Positions 38,601-51,420 of a stretch of 64,000 bases of DNA are shown in pieces. This stretch comes from Raillietiella orientalis (taxonomy: Eukaryota): the NCBI GenBank assembly GCA_036172245.1, contig JAYWIR010000030.1:1984001-2048000 (forward strand). Direction: 5' to 3'. The translations under genes were made by a program, and so were the position numbers. Positions within the stretch are counted from its first letter, which is position 1. Each line of letters opens with the position of its first letter. Under the pieces are notes generated by a model. It worked only from the letters and a program-made list of their open reading frames with translations, was not told where the DNA came from and did no database searches.

Positions 38601-41069
38601 GAATGGAGGGCGCCGCGGTCCCCCAGTGGGAGGTGCAGGATAGACCCATTCCTTCGATGCCATCCATTCCTTCGATCCATACCTCGCGCAGTTCGAGGAA
38701 GCTTCCTCCTTCCGTCACGTGAGCACAGCACCTGCTGCACGCGAGTCCCTGGTGCAAGAAGAGAACCGCCGTCTGCTGCATGTATAGAAGTGCAGAGATA
38801 CAAGGGGAGACCCAGTTCTCATTGGTAAAGGTCCTACATGTGTTCTGTGCGCTTGGATGGCTTCACGGATTAAGACCTAGTCTTTCTGTAATTGTTCCGG
38901 TGCTCCCTTTCAACTCCACATTTTGTTCTGGACCGTTCCATGGAATCTGCATGATCTTCTTAAACACTGGATACTACCGTTGACCTCACAGCTGGAAGGA
39001 GATGGGACCAGCAGTGATCCCAAATGGCAGGAACTGAGGGACATTGTAAGGGACTCTGAACTCCCCCCCTGTTGCAGATGAGGGCGCATTCCAGATGCGC
39101 GAGCTCCAAAGGGTCGTCCATGACTTTTCTGCAGGAGCGGGCGTTCCCTTGGAAATCGGACCCGCGAATGCATCCCAGGTTTCAGAGACGAAATGCCTCG
39201 GGCTAATCCACAAAGATGCAGTATCCGCACGTTTGGAGTTTTGGGGACGGGGTCTGCTTGCGTGGCGGAAAGTTTGCCTCGTGCCTGGACGCAGCTGTGA
39301 GATCGTCCCGCGAGGCGGATCCGGCAACAAAAACTCCTGGTTGTCTCCAAGACGAACCGGGACGAGACGAGCATCTTAGCCTCCTCCACTCAAGACAATG
39401 CGGCTTGCACCAACCCCTTCCGAGTGGTCCGACGGCTGCCAACTCGTCGGAAGGTCATGCTCTGGCAACCGCGGTGACCGCAGTGTCGCGAGGAAGGCAG
39501 CAGTAATGACTGCTTCCCCACTCCAATCCCTTGGCATTTCCAAAGCGTGCAAACGGCGGCTCTACTAATAACACGTGGGTGTGTGAAGAGATGCTTGCCA
39601 AATTCGAAGCCGAGGACCCTTGAGAGTCGGGCGATGAATTTTGCAATTCAATAGGCGATGACCTTTGAAGGACCTTCGTTGGTTGCTGGGAGCCGGTTTT
39701 CCCGGTCCTGCGCACTGCACAGTGCGATTGAAGTCCAGGGCCGCTGTCTGCCTCCTCCACCGGAAGATCGGAAGTCTACTCCCCCTGTCTGCTTCCCGTT
39801 TGACAATCTCTTTCCCATGAGACATCCCATGGTGACGCTCCCTGCACAGGTGCCTCCTCCGCTCCAGTAGATGGAAAAGGAGAAGGGATGTGAAACTGCC
39901 ATTCTGCTTGCTCCGGCTTGCTCGGGAGAGCGCTCTTCTGAATATCTGGCGTCGCCTGGGAACTGAGGCAAGACGCCGCCCCTCAGCTTGGACTGATGTT
40001 CCTGTCCCTGAAACCAGCCATCATCCTTCGCGAATCGGAAGTCTTCGAGATGATGCCTTTGCTAACTGCCGACGACGAAAGGCCATCTTGGAACTCTCGG
40101 CTGATATTGGAGAGATGCATCAATCCAAAGATGAAGAATGAAGACTGCGAGAAATAAAAAACCGCTTGCCCCTCTGCTGTTTCGCCGCTGGCTATTTTCA
40201 GCTCTGCATAGCAGGGCCAGCGGAAAATTCTTCGGATGACGCAGAAGTGCCACCAGGAGGCGGAGGCGAGCGCCGCCGGAGGACGGTAGATCTCGGCGAG
40301 TAGGGGGGTCGCAACAGTACGCACAGAAGAGTTTAGACGCGAGTTCTGGAGCCACCTTCGGCAAAGATCTTGTTGGCAGCATCAAGCACTTCAGTGAGAT
40401 CCTGCTTGTGGAAGTCTGATGTAAAGGAGGGTTCCTGGCAACCAGCCTCTAGGCATGATTTAGCCAATCCCAAGTTCCCGGAGGAATTGCTCACCTCGGG
40501 AGAAGCAGGCACGGAGGATTTGCCACGACGGATGGCTAAGGGTGGACGGGAGAGAAATAGGACGATTTCCAGAGAACCACTGGCTCCCGACCTCCGATCC
40601 AAGGTCCTCGGATCCAAGGGAGGGAGGAAAGCTTTCACAGGTCGCCAAGCAGTTGCCAAGCCTAGCGCTGGAACGGGAGCCGAAGCCAGAGGCCATCTCA
40701 GGAGGAGTGTTCTCTCCTTTTCGCCCTCCCTGAAAGGTCTCGACGCCTCTGGAAAGCTCCACTCGCGCCTCTAAGAGCACGGAGGAGCGCGCGTCCCCTC
40801 TGTCGCTGCTCCGAAAGAGGAATAGAAGAGCCGTGGAGTTCCGCGCCCCTCTGAGGGGCAGAAGAAGGCAGCCGGGAAAATTTTCACTCCTTTTTCTTCC
40901 CCCTCACGAGCAACGTGCAGCAAACCGCGGGAAAGGCAACGAAGCACCCGCCGCCGAAATTACCGGCGGGCGCGGCGCGGCAGCTATCCGCTCGCAGCGC
41001 GCGCGCGCATGCTCTAGAGTCAGAGGCTGTTCTGCTCGCCGGAATAATGGACCAGACCGACGCCTTTTT

Positions 41070-41700
41070 CCATGAAATTCTGGACCTTCACCGCCATCAC
41101 GCCCAGCACAGACTGGGAGGAGGAGGAGGAGGTCGCACTGACTGCAGACGCGGATCGCCTCTCTCCTTCCCTCTCTTCCTCCCGGGAGACCCAGCGACTC
41201 CACTCATCCCATGCGATCAATGAGTGACAATGACCCTTGGAGCAATTGCTTTGCATCAAGAGGGATAGTATGCTTCTCTTTCCTGAGGACAGGGGACCTC
41301 AGAAGCTGGAGGAAGACCGTGGTAGAGGCTGCTGAGCCAGGGATCCGTGTCCCATACGAGAAGGGCGAAGGTTCTCGGTCAGCTGGGACTTTGCAATCGG
41401 GAAAGGGGGCAAGGAGGAAGGATGGGAGGGAGGTGGCGTGGGTGACTGTATAAGGAGGAACAGGGAGGCTACCAGGGGGAAGGTGCAAGAACATCCTTCA
41501 AAGCGAAAGAGACTCGACCAGAAACTTTGGCGCGGTCAAGTTTGCCGCCAGTACTGCCTGCAGCCTTTTCGAAAGCAGCTGTGCAACCTCTTAAGTCTGA
41601 CGCGTGCGACATGTCCTCGGAAACCGCAAGCCTTCCCTGAAGAAGGTCGGCGTCGCTGCTGACAAGCAGGAGAATCACCGCCGGCAGGAGAATCCCGCGA
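41070..41700 (+). mobile_element. Weak LINE EN fragment
   Basis: ASRGIVCF (~SRGVAI), WVTV*GG (~LVNVYG), WRGQV (~GGDF). Confidence 0.35.
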
Positions 41701-41949
41701 GGGGAAGTAAAGTCCCTTCCGGGCTACTCTAGGAAAGTACGGAGCTTTATTAGTGCGGCCGTGGCGTCTTTAAGGGAAAAGGGCGGAGGAGGAGGGGTCT
41801 TCGTCACTAGCGAGCTAGGAACTCGTTGAAAGCCTCACACATCTTTGGTCCCAAGACCCAACGAGTCTTCCCGCACATGTGGGATGGGCAAGAAGTGCCG
41901 AAAACGCTAGGTTTTTGTGCCGCGTCCATGGAAACGTCTCCTTCCTGTT

Positions 41950-42700
41950 GCCACCAGCACTCTCACTTTCCCGCCCCCCGCGCGCTGCATCACTCCTCAT
42001 GTGAAAAGGTCCTCGATCCGAATGTCAGACTTCCAGTTCCGGCTTCCTAATGATAGTATGGTTTTCAGGATGCTGTCTGCTCGGAGGGCAAATGTCACCC
42101 TGAGCCACCGCGGCTGCCGTCGACCCAACCTACTGCAACTCAAACTCCTCCAGTATAACTCCCTTATCCTGGAGGCCCACATGCAGCCATGACTTCCTCC
42201 AAAACCACCCTACAAGCCAGTATACAGCAAGCTAGGGTCAGACGTTGTCTTCTTCACCCTGGCATTCTGGTTCCATTCACACCCTGTCGTTTGCAGCCAC
42301 GTTCATAAGGAGGCAGGTTCAGCGCGATCTTTGACCGCCTGATCATTGTCTTCGACTCGGGTAGAGAGGCCACTGATGGTGAGTTCAGTACCTTTAACGA
42401 AAGCTCCTGTTTCTGGAGACACTCTTCTGGAGGTGACCTGAAAATACTGGCTGGATACCAGCTGTCCTTCAGGCAAACACGCCTGCCATTCCCGTCATAG
42501 GACTCACCTTTTCAGATACAAATGGGGAGGTGGTTAATGTTTTGTAGTTTGGGTGGATTAGTTGTATGAGTTGTTGTGTGTTTGGCAGAAGTTAATCGTT
42601 TGCCATATGATTTTTCGGAAGGTGAGTTAGTATCCGGTTATAATGTGGAGTATGGTGGTAGAATGTTTGTTTTATTATTTCCTTTGTAGTCTCTCCATTA
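41950..42700 (-). mobile_element. Degenerate LINE RT fragment
   Basis: GNGRRVCLKDSWY (~NWRPISLxNxDY), VSPETGAFVKG, VLEEVMAACG, IRELY..RLG..VTFALRADSIL (~LY..VNG..VxRGxRQGxxL). Confidence 0.65.
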
Positions 42701-42933
42701 CCCTCATCTTCTTCTGCCCCGTAGGGCAGAGTATTCTAGCCATCGTCTCCACTTTGCCACCCATCGGACACATCAGATCTCTCCCATGTTTTCCGCTCTC
42801 CTTTGCTTTCCCCTCGTCACAACGAGAAGCGAGGGGAAGGTCTAGAAGAACTAACCCCGAGCATTCCCAGCGCGTTCCGTGCCCGGGACGTTGCTGCAGA
42901 AGTCGCCACTGCAAACTACGACCTCCTCTGGTC

Positions 42934-43356
42934 CGGTTTCAATGATATCGATGCTCGCTGATCGTGATCATGGTACGTGGACAACGTTGATGAGGAGGAG
43001 GATCGCGACCACCACGTAGACACTGATGATTATGATCGTGATGGTCCCAGCAATGGTGGCCACTGTCAACTATCGCTTCTCGGAGAGCACCGTCTTCCGC
43101 TCCGCTGACGTCAAACAGCCTTCCTCTTTCTATTTCTTCCCCTTCCTCATCCGTGCCATTTCCATGACTATGAACTCGAACACCATCATCAGTGCCACCA
43201 TCACAGACCACAGTATGATCTCACTCACCATTGCCGCCACTACCACCATCACGATCATAATCATCAGTGTCTACGTGGTCGTCGCTATCCTCCTCCTCAT
43301 CAACGTTGTACACGTACCATGATCACGACCAGCGAGCATCGATATCATTGAAACCG
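42934..43356. repeat. Long inverted repeat (fold-back): 112-bp arms, 199-bp spacer
   Basis: 42934-43045 vs the reverse complement of 43245-43356: 4 mismatches, no indels. Confidence 0.92.
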
Positions 43357-43479
43357 TCATGAAGATCCTAGAGAGATCGACCTTTATCACCAGTGTCGTC
43401 GTCATCATCGAGACCATCAACGATAGCAGCAACAGCAGCAACGACAGTTCCTCCTGCCCCTGCAAATCCTTTGGCTTTG

Positions 43480-45100
43480 ATGCCATCCTTTGCTTGACTG
43501 CAGAACTTGCCGGGGCTCGAAGATGCCAGGCATGAGGCTGCAGCTGAGAAAGGCTGGAAGCTGCGGTGCAAGTACGGTCGGCTGGGGATGGCGGCAGAGT
43601 CGCGGAAGCGAGGGTACCCCTGTCTGGGGGTTTCGGATGTCGGAACGGGAGGGGAGAACAAGTCAAGACAAAGAGAGGGAGGGGGTAGGAGAGGCCTGAA
43701 GGAATTGGGCGTTTTCTCCGTCGGTCGCTAGAAGGGCTAAAGAGAGTGCACCTGCGGACCTGACCTCCTGAGTGGACGGGACGTGGGAACGTTCCGCAAA
43801 GAGGAAGAGGAGGAGGAGGGATGCAGTGTTCTGGTGAGTCAAGGCGAACATCGGAGGCCCTGGAGAGTGCCAGAGGATGGACGCTGCTCCCCCATCGCTT
43901 TCCCTCTCTCTCTTTCCCTGCCGCGCACCTCACTGTCGAAAGAAGCGGCGGAAGGCGCCATCTTTTTCTCCCTTCTCTTTAAGAGGATGGGGAGAGACGG
44001 AAAGTAAAAACTGCTGTCTTCCGTTTGGGTGCTCTACCGGAAGCCAGAGGGAGAAAGTTCCAGATTCCAGAAGGCAACCGGTGCTGCTTGACTCCCTGGC
44101 GTCTCTGGGAAGGGAGACACCCCCTTCTCCTCCCTTCCTGAATCGAGCGGTCTCTTGGCACCAGCCCGGGAAAGAGGAAGGGAGGTTGATTGATTGCTGC
44201 TCAACTCTGGTGCTGAGAGGGAAGCTGGGAGGTGGCAGAGCGCACCACCCAGGGGAATCTTCGCCCAGTCTGCTTCCGACCGAATGCCACTTTCCTCGTC
44301 GCCTCCCCGAGCAAGCCAATTGGGCGAAAAAAGGGTGGGGTCGCCGGTTTCGTAGGGAGCCTCTGCGCATCGTCGTGAGATCGGCCGCGGTCCGTGAACC
44401 GACGGAAACTGGAAAGGGCGTCTCGCGACGACCTCGTGCCCTCTCCCTGGGCAGAAACTGAGGGAGAGCGAAGAAGGCGGGAGAGCTGAGCGAGGAGGTG
44501 GTATCCATCTCGAGATCGCCGCCGTCGGATCCGCCTCTTCGCTCTGAGCAGGGAGCGTGCCCCCAGGTGGGCGCGCTCGGTCCCTCAGTCGGAAGGACGA
44601 GTGCGACTGGAGCGCAGAGAGTGGCCCACCATTCTCACCGCTCGAGAGGGGTGGACGGGAAGACCGGAGGCGCCTAAGGGAGCACGGTGCCTAGCGAGGT
44701 GTCCAGGAAGTGGCCTTCCTTCCCCCCAGGTGCGGAAGCGTGACGAAAGAGGGCTCGCAACAGGAGTCCTGGGACCCCGAGGAGGGCGAAGGGGTGTGCT
44801 CAGTTTCGTGCTCGAGGCAGTGACTTTGGCGTCAGCTCCTCGGCGAGCCTCCAGGGGTACAAAAGGAACCGGTTTCTTCATCTTTTTTGCCTCTCCCCGC
44901 TAGCGACCTTCGTCGGTCACGCCCCTCTGACTTCGAAGGGACTCTCCTGCCGGCGCTGGCGCGCGCGTCCGGTGCCATTCTGAGGTGGCTGTGCAAAGCA
45001 AATCCGCTGCGTCCTCTGAAAAGATCCTTCTGCAGGGGGCAGGGCAGAAGGGGGGGCTGAGACTGCAGGAGGGAAGACCGGTAGAACCAAGCGGCTATTT
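43480..45100 (-). mobile_element. Degenerate LINE linker plus RT
   Basis: SRFRTWGEG (~SRxxWxxEGE), EDSPGWCALP (~KSPGxDGLP), LALSRASDV (~LDxxKAFD), PRQGYP (~RQGCP), QAKDG (~YADD). Confidence 0.6.
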
Positions 45101-45499
45101 TCCGAGCTCAACCTAGGGAAACCACTCTGGGAAGGATGAGAGTCTGCACCTCCTCGTCACCACAACCACCATCCCATCACCACCTCCATTGCGATCAGTT
45201 CATCTTCGTCTTCTTCATTAGCTTCCTCCTTCACCCCCTCATCTGCTCCCCATCTTCTCTTTCTCTCCCACTGAATCTTTGCGCTGAGATTCCGCGTCTT
45301 TCCATTGCTTCAGCACCCTTGAGCTCCATCTCGAAAGATAAGTAGCAGCTCCTCCCTTATGTATCTTCTTGTTTCCTCCCTAGTGGGCCACAAACTTCGA
45401 GCAGCTCCAATCTAGGGGAGCAAACCCAGGAGGGGACCACCCAACGAATCCAGGAAGACTCCGGAGGATGGAGTCTGCTTGATAGGGGACAACAAAAAG

Positions 45500-45995
45500 A
45501 ACCTCTTCCTTATACTCTTCAGAGAGACCACTTGGTTTGTAGGGGCCGCTCATCCTTTCTTCTCCGAAGGGAATCCGGAGAGGATCCTCTCCTGAATTTA
45601 TTTTTCGGAGGGACCCTCAGGAAAGGATCATCTCCTTGTTACTCCTTTGAAGAGAGCCCCGAGAGGACGCTTCTCAATTCCTCCAAAGAGAGCCGAGCGC
45701 TTCTTACACTTTGGAGAGGCAACTCCCAAGGAGATATCAACCAGCTCTATAGTATGCGATGAAGAGTATCCCCTCTGAGAGGGGGAAGAGTAGGTTTCAT
45801 TTGCACAACCGTAGGGAAACTCCGAAGGGAATCGGACCCTTGATTCCTTCTGGAACGACCCCGGAGAGTCAACTTTCAACTTCCGATCCCGGCCAGTCAA
45901 CGGGGGCATCCGACTTCCACCAGCGCCACACCCGAAGCCTATAAGGCCAACCAGTGTGATTCTGCGGGGCAAAATCGAAACCCACGACCCACCCG
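45500..45995 (-). mobile_element. ORF1-like N-terminal fragment
   Basis: WWKSDAPVDWPG..KESRVRFPSEFPYGCANE; homologous to 22870-23100. Confidence 0.5.
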
Positions 45996-46099
45996 CATTC
46001 TCAATGTCGATCCTGAAGGAGCATCGTAGCCCTTGTAGGGCTGCGTGGATGAAGGATCCTCTTCAACGGAGCTCAGGGATGCTCTCATCTGGTCTTCGT

Positions 46100-47014
46100 A
46101 ACGAGGTTGCCCTTGCTGCATCGGGTGTTGGACGATAGGGCTAGGTACTGCCATCTTCCCCCCCGCGTCCAGCAGGGAAGCTCTCAACTGCATCAAAACT
46201 TCGTCGTTGAACGAGCCTACCCTTGGCCACTTCCGGGTCCAAGTCATGGTGCGAGGGTGCTGGTAGTCGGTTCCCTAGGTAGTGCAATTCGTGAGTTCTG
46301 CTCCTCGTTCTATCCTGAACACTGCTGCCTCATTATCGAACGGCCAGCGGGCACCCACTATTGCAGCCCGGCTGTCCTTTTGCAGCACGAGGTCTGGAAA
46401 CAAGGGAGAGCACAAAGCAGGAGCGGTTTGCTCCCTTGAGAGCAAACTCCCTTGAGCTCCCCATTCTATCCTGCTACAGAGAGGCGTTGCCATGCGAGTA
46501 GGGAGTGGGTATGCAGTGATTGAAGATGCTGCTGCGAGGATCCGTTCCACGCTTAATTGAATTCCACACCTTAGCTCGAACGTCGAGAAGCCATGGAGTC
46601 CATGCATTGGGAATGCTTTGGGGGCTGCGGTTGCAGAGTCCTTCCAATTCTTTACTCAGAGATGTTCATGGAGGCGAAGTCTGCGCCCCATGCTGTGATA
46701 ACCTGTCTTGTTTCAGGGGGGTCCGCATAAGTCTGCGCTCCGTTTCGAACCCACTTCCTTGAGGCGCACGCTGGCTTCTCCACTCTTCACGCGCCACGTA
46801 CATTGTTGCGTATGACGGACGGTCTCATCCACAGTGGTGAACTTTCACTTTCGGCGCACCGCTTGCTGAGGCACATGTCGCTGCTGGTAGAGGCCTGCTG
46901 CCGCCTCTTCATCCGGATGATGGCCTGGACAACGCGTCCAAGACATGCACGTGTCCCTATCCGATGCGGACCTTCCGGAATCGTGTTAAGTACCGTGCGA
47001 CCTCTCCATCCCAT
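46100..47014 (-). mobile_element. Degenerate LINE ORF1 end plus EN domain
   Basis: VIRNNVRGA (~SWNVRGL), ITAYPLP (~NxYAP), FRIER (~SRIDR), RKWPRVGSFNDEVL (~GxWKxNxxLL). Confidence 0.5.
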
Positions 47015-47139
47015 TGCCTATTCGTTTGTTCGTTCATTGGCCCTCTTCCAGACCACCACGCTCCCCCCTAGTTATATCCTTAGTGAGCGTCCCTCGTCTT
47101 TATATAAATCGAAGTGAAAAATTTGTATCGATTCATGTT

Positions 47140-48942
47140 AAATAGTTGGCTCGGCAATCCGGGGTGAGAAAGTTGGTTCCTCGGACGACGTGCGCACTCA
47201 GTGCGTGCCCCGTTCGCGCCGCACGTTGGGGCTCACCGTTCTGAGGGTGACTCGGGAGACCTCGAGTTCCCGTGCAAAGGGCTTGCATCATGGCATCTCC
47301 TGCCCATGGTGGGGTCGGTGCTTGCAACTTCCCGGTGGAGCAATGGAGAGCCACTCCAAGGCATCTGCTCCTTAACGTTCTGTAGTCACTCTTCGAGAGC
47401 CGCAGCCGATTTTTCGAAGCAGACTTTGAGGATGGTGGATACCGGATTCTTCGCGACCATTATTCTGTTTTCCTATTGGATGAGCAGCAGCAGGTCAAGC
47501 TCGAGTTTCGAGCCTTCTTCTAGATTGGTTTCTCGTAAGCCGTCAGCTTCCCTTGTCTCTACGTCTCTGAAGGAAAGAATTTTGAACTCGTACATCACCA
47601 GTTTCATTGCTGACGTTCCTTAGATTCGGCGCAAGGGAAGGATAGGTGTTCATTAGTCACCTGGAGTTGAACTCCCCACGGTTGGGTAGGTGACGGTTCC
47701 TATACGGGTTGTCCACTGCAGGGGAGTTTTCGAATGGCTTCAGGAGTTTCAGACAAATCAAACGGGTTCTTAGTCTCTGTGGCAAAGTCTTCAGCCTGGC
47801 TCGGCATCAACAGGCCGGAAAGCATCGTCTCCAAGGACAAACGTTTGTTCAGGGCGATGTACGAGTTCAGGGAAAGAGACCCCGGAACCGTTCCCGCCAT
47901 CGGAAGGGGCATACGAAACCACCACAGCCAGCGAGATGTCTATCCTTACTGTTCCTTCCCGGGGTCAATAGCGGTTGCCGTACCATCGAAGAATTCCCAA
48001 GCCGTAAGGAGGTGCTATCCAGCATCCTGCTCTCCAGGAATGCTGAACGCTGTGCGTGCTACAAAGAAGCCTAGCTGTCAGCGTCGCCACAAGCATGCTC
48101 CTCTAGCACGCTGTGAGCAAACGGAGTTTGCTGGTCTCATCCATAGTTTTGCGTCCATACCTATGGGATCAGGACTCGGGTAGCTCTCAGTGTTTGCCTC
48201 AGGGCATTTGTTTGTTGGGGCATGCTACTGAGTATTCCGGGGGAAGACCTGCAGTGACCCCCAGTGCTCTTGGACATACGCACTCTTTCCTTGAAGTGGA
48301 AGGGGTAATTGCTGCTGCTGCTGCACTGGGGTCTCCTGTGTAGCAGGCGAGGTAGCATGAATCCCTCCCGCAGCTGCTTGTGGATTGTGTTGCCTTCCGG
48401 CCCTTCTGGAAACGCTCTGTCGCAACCCTAGGAGCCCCAGGCGGCAACTACAGGGGCGCTTTACGACCCCGCCTCCTACGCGTCGTGCTTCGGCCGGCAG
48501 CCTCTCTTGCAGCTCTTTGCTGTATACGCGGAATCGTTAATTCCTGGAGCGGCGCAAGAGGAAGACCGAGAGACAGGGCTGCCACATCCACTTTGCCGTC
48601 CGTTTCGTGAGGATGGCAACAAGATGCTCTCACCTGAAGGACAGCATACAGCAAGAGCTTGCCGGCACCCTCCAAAGGATGAAGAGTACCGCCCCCAGCA
48701 GGATGTGGTCCCTTCCCTCACCCTTCCAAATTTACTTATTTGTTTTTCTTTTTGTTTTGTTTTTTCCCTCTTTGTTTGCCCCCCTTCCCTCTGCTATGGT
48801 AGTGGATTTCACCGGTCTGCGCATCGGTAACGCGGCAGCTTTATTTTGAAAGGGACGTGGTTGGACCACCGGTCCAGCCACAGAGATCGTAAATGTCTGT
48901 TTTCATATTAAATCAACTCCTCGGCGCACCTGGGTGATAATC
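47140..48942 (+). mobile_element. LINE 3' portion (thumb, zf-RVT, 3' UTR); inverted third copy of the homogenised 3' end
   Basis: CVPRSRRTLGL (~CxPKxxGGLGL); ESLPQLLVDCVAFRPFW. Region 48200-48942 is a reverse-complement homologue of about 34523-35310. Confidence 0.75.
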
Positions 48943-48949
48943 CAGGTGT

Positions 48950-50050
48950 CCGGATGATTGAGAGCAGGTTGTGTGGGTGGGAGGGCCGACAACGAATGGT
49001 TCTCTTTCTCATGGTGCACAGCGTCCCGCAGGCAGAGGGTGTCCGGCAGCACACGGAGGAGGAATGTTCGAGAATCAGCTTTCGCAAGCGAGAAATTATC
49101 GGCGTTTGGACCAGTCTCTTCATGGACGCTTTCCCCAAGGTGCTGGTTCCAAAACGTAGTGGATTTTCCACACACCCCAAGAGACCTTTAAAGAACCTCA
49201 TCAACGACAACATGCGTCGAATTTTTCCAATCCGGGACGAGTCGGGATTGGAGACGCTCACAGTCACAGAAGAGATTTTTTCAGACCGCTCTGTCAGGCC
49301 GCTGGTGAGTAGCCTGAAAGAGCGAGGGCGAGGCCGAATCGGTGGCTGACCGAGCAACACTGCAGGGGGAAGGATCGAAGATCTCCCCTGCGGCGCACTG
49401 CCAGCAGTAACTCACTCCTTAAGATCTTTATCACATTTTTTGCTTACAATTCACACCCGTGGGTGGGTGCAAGCGAATAATAGGGGAAGGGATCAGTTTC
49501 CCACCACCCGTTGGGGAACGACCGTTGGGGTAGTGGAAAGGAGATTCAAGATCGATTAATCTGTTCGCCATCAACCTGCCTCTCCATATTCAGGTACTTC
49601 CTTTTGTCCATGCCGCAGTTGACTGCTACGTAATTCATGAGTCTATCACCTCGCTTCTTCATTGATGGTTTTGGCTAGTGTACTTCCCAGGATGATAGGT
49701 GTTAGGGGGCTGATACTCTGCCGAGATCTCATTCTAGCTAACCCAGGATCTCTTCGTTTCTTGCTGCTTGATTTCTTTGCGTTGCCTTCGGCTCTTCTAA
49801 AGCCACAGCTCAGTTTGTGTGAAGATAAGCAACGACGTCCAGTATGATCGCTCTTCCTTTTTCCTGGAGGCTGGGATCTGGTCGAAGTTTGGAGTCAATT
49901 CCAAGGAGGCTGGTGGACGACCTCCAGCCCTCAGTGTTTCCGAGTAACGTCTCCATTCGAAGCTTCCAGTTCACTCTGTCTGTCGGCAATCAGGGTCAAG
50001 ATGCTGATGCAGTGACAAGGGGTGTGTTTAAACGACTCCTTTAGTCAAAA
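48950..50050 (+). mobile_element. 5'-truncated degenerate LINE RT
   Basis: VLVPK..KRPLKNLIND (~LIPK..RPISLxNxD), AYNSHPW (~AYDxVxW), SLSPRFF (~PLSPxLF), DFFALP (~FADD). Confidence 0.55.
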
Positions 50051-50099
50051 GGAATCAACAGCAAGATCCTCAATCTTTGATCCCATTCCTCCTCGGGAT

Positions 50100-50410
50100 G
50101 GGCCGTCGCCTGGCCGAAACACTCAGGAACGCGGACCAGCCGAAGAACGCTCTCAATTCTTCCAAAGGACGCCGAAGGGTAAATTCCCCTGAAGGTTGCT
50201 CCCCAAGGGGAACAGAGCGCTTCTGACGCTCAGAAGAGGCAACCTCCAGCTTCACATCCGGAGGGGTAACCTGAAGGGAAGTGGGACTCTTTGATTCCTG
50301 GAGGGACCCTGGAGGGTCGACTTCCAATCCTAGCAGATCAACGGTGATATCCGGTTTCCGGCTTCCATCATTGCCGCACCTCCAACCCTATTGGGGCGAA
50401 CCGAAGTCAT
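50100..50410 (-). mobile_element. ORF1-like N-terminal fragment
   Basis: Shares tggaagccggaaac..ggat..ccgt(t/a)ga..ggattggaa(g/a)tcgacc with 22940-22993. Confidence 0.5.
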
Positions 50411-50499
50411 CCACCCTGCTGACTCAGCGCCGCTCCTTTTCGAAAAGCTTTGACTCTGTTCTCCGAGGCGTTCGACTGCGCCTGATTTTCAGGCTTCTG

Positions 50500-51420
50500 A
50501 GAGGGAGGCTGCGAGATCACTTTTCGCCCTTCTTCCCATACGTAGCCAGCAGGACGCCTCTTCGACAGGCTGGAATGGAAACTGATGACGAGAGGTATGA
50601 ACGAAGCAAACCCGGAGGTGAGGAACCGGCAGTCCGCAAGCAGCAGCCGGCAGGTCCTTGACCCCGGTTGGGCACTTCGTACCAGGACACGGTGCTCCAG
50701 GCGAATGCTTTGAGTGCACGATATCTGTCTGAAAACGCAGAATCTGCGGCCTGCAGAAAAGCACGAGAGGGACAGAGGAAGTCAAAGAGAGAGAGGCAAC
50801 ACAAAAAAAAACATGGCCGCCCTGAGAATGGACCTGCAAAGGAGTCGCGTGTAACCTTCGAGGCAAGAGTTTCCGAGATCGTTAACGCCCTGGGAACAAA
50901 GGTCCCGAGGTCAGGTTTCGGCACCCGTCCCAGTCGAGCTCTAGGTCCGCCCTCTTCCATGCTTTCCCATTCCTTCCGTTCCCCTCCTCGCTATCAAGGC
51001 GGTTCGATCCCACGACAAAGAGACTGCTTCGTTCGGAGCCCGAAGGCCGCTGTCCCGCTCTGCACCTTGGGGGGTCTTTCCCTCGGTCACAGGGTCCGGA
51101 TTCTGGCTTTCATTTTCGCACACTTTCTCTCAACCCTTGCCACCACCTCTTTTCTCGCTTCAGGCCCAGCCTCGAGCGACAGAGGTCACGCGCTCCCTCG
51201 AATCTGCCGCCGTGAGCCGACGAGCTGTTTTAGTCATCCCGTTCTTTCCCGTCCAACCCCTTTCCTCTGGTAGATGGCCAAAAGGGGGAGGGGCCATCGG
51301 GAAACCATCCACTACACTTCCCTCCCGGTTTGGACTTAGGGGGTGGCGGGGCGAGTCTCGGTGGCCAGACAGAGGAGGAACTTCGGCCATCGGGATGGCG
51401 AGTCCTCGGACAAAAGACTG
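50500..51420 (+). mobile_element. Degenerate LINE RT C-terminal/thumb fragment
   Basis: VLQANAL (~LxADD), RSGFGTRPSRA, PPRYQG (~PxKYLG), TLPSRFGLRG (~LPxxxGGLG). Confidence 0.45.

Larger units (their letters stand above)
34523..40660 (-). mobile_element. Most complete degenerate LINE: ORF1 remnant, ORF2 (EN-RT-zf-RVT) and 3' UTR
   Basis: GCQEPSFTSDF (ORF1 motif, ~40430); LLQKSH (~LQETH); GEYRAHP; RPHFFIREEL..THD (~SRLDxF..SDH); VLPGVMDVPDGYGRARPG; WFGPPSFLQRI; EGHRTCIPDVRLQN; GSLPHLLVDCVALRPFW (zf-RVT); T-rich 3' UTR; AATAAA at about 34548-34553. Confidence 0.75.

Noticed and set aside
43026..43322. Hydrophobic 98-aa ORF as a small membrane protein
   Set aside because: Its I/T/V richness derives from CAT/CAC low-complexity sequence inside the inverted repeat; there is no other support.
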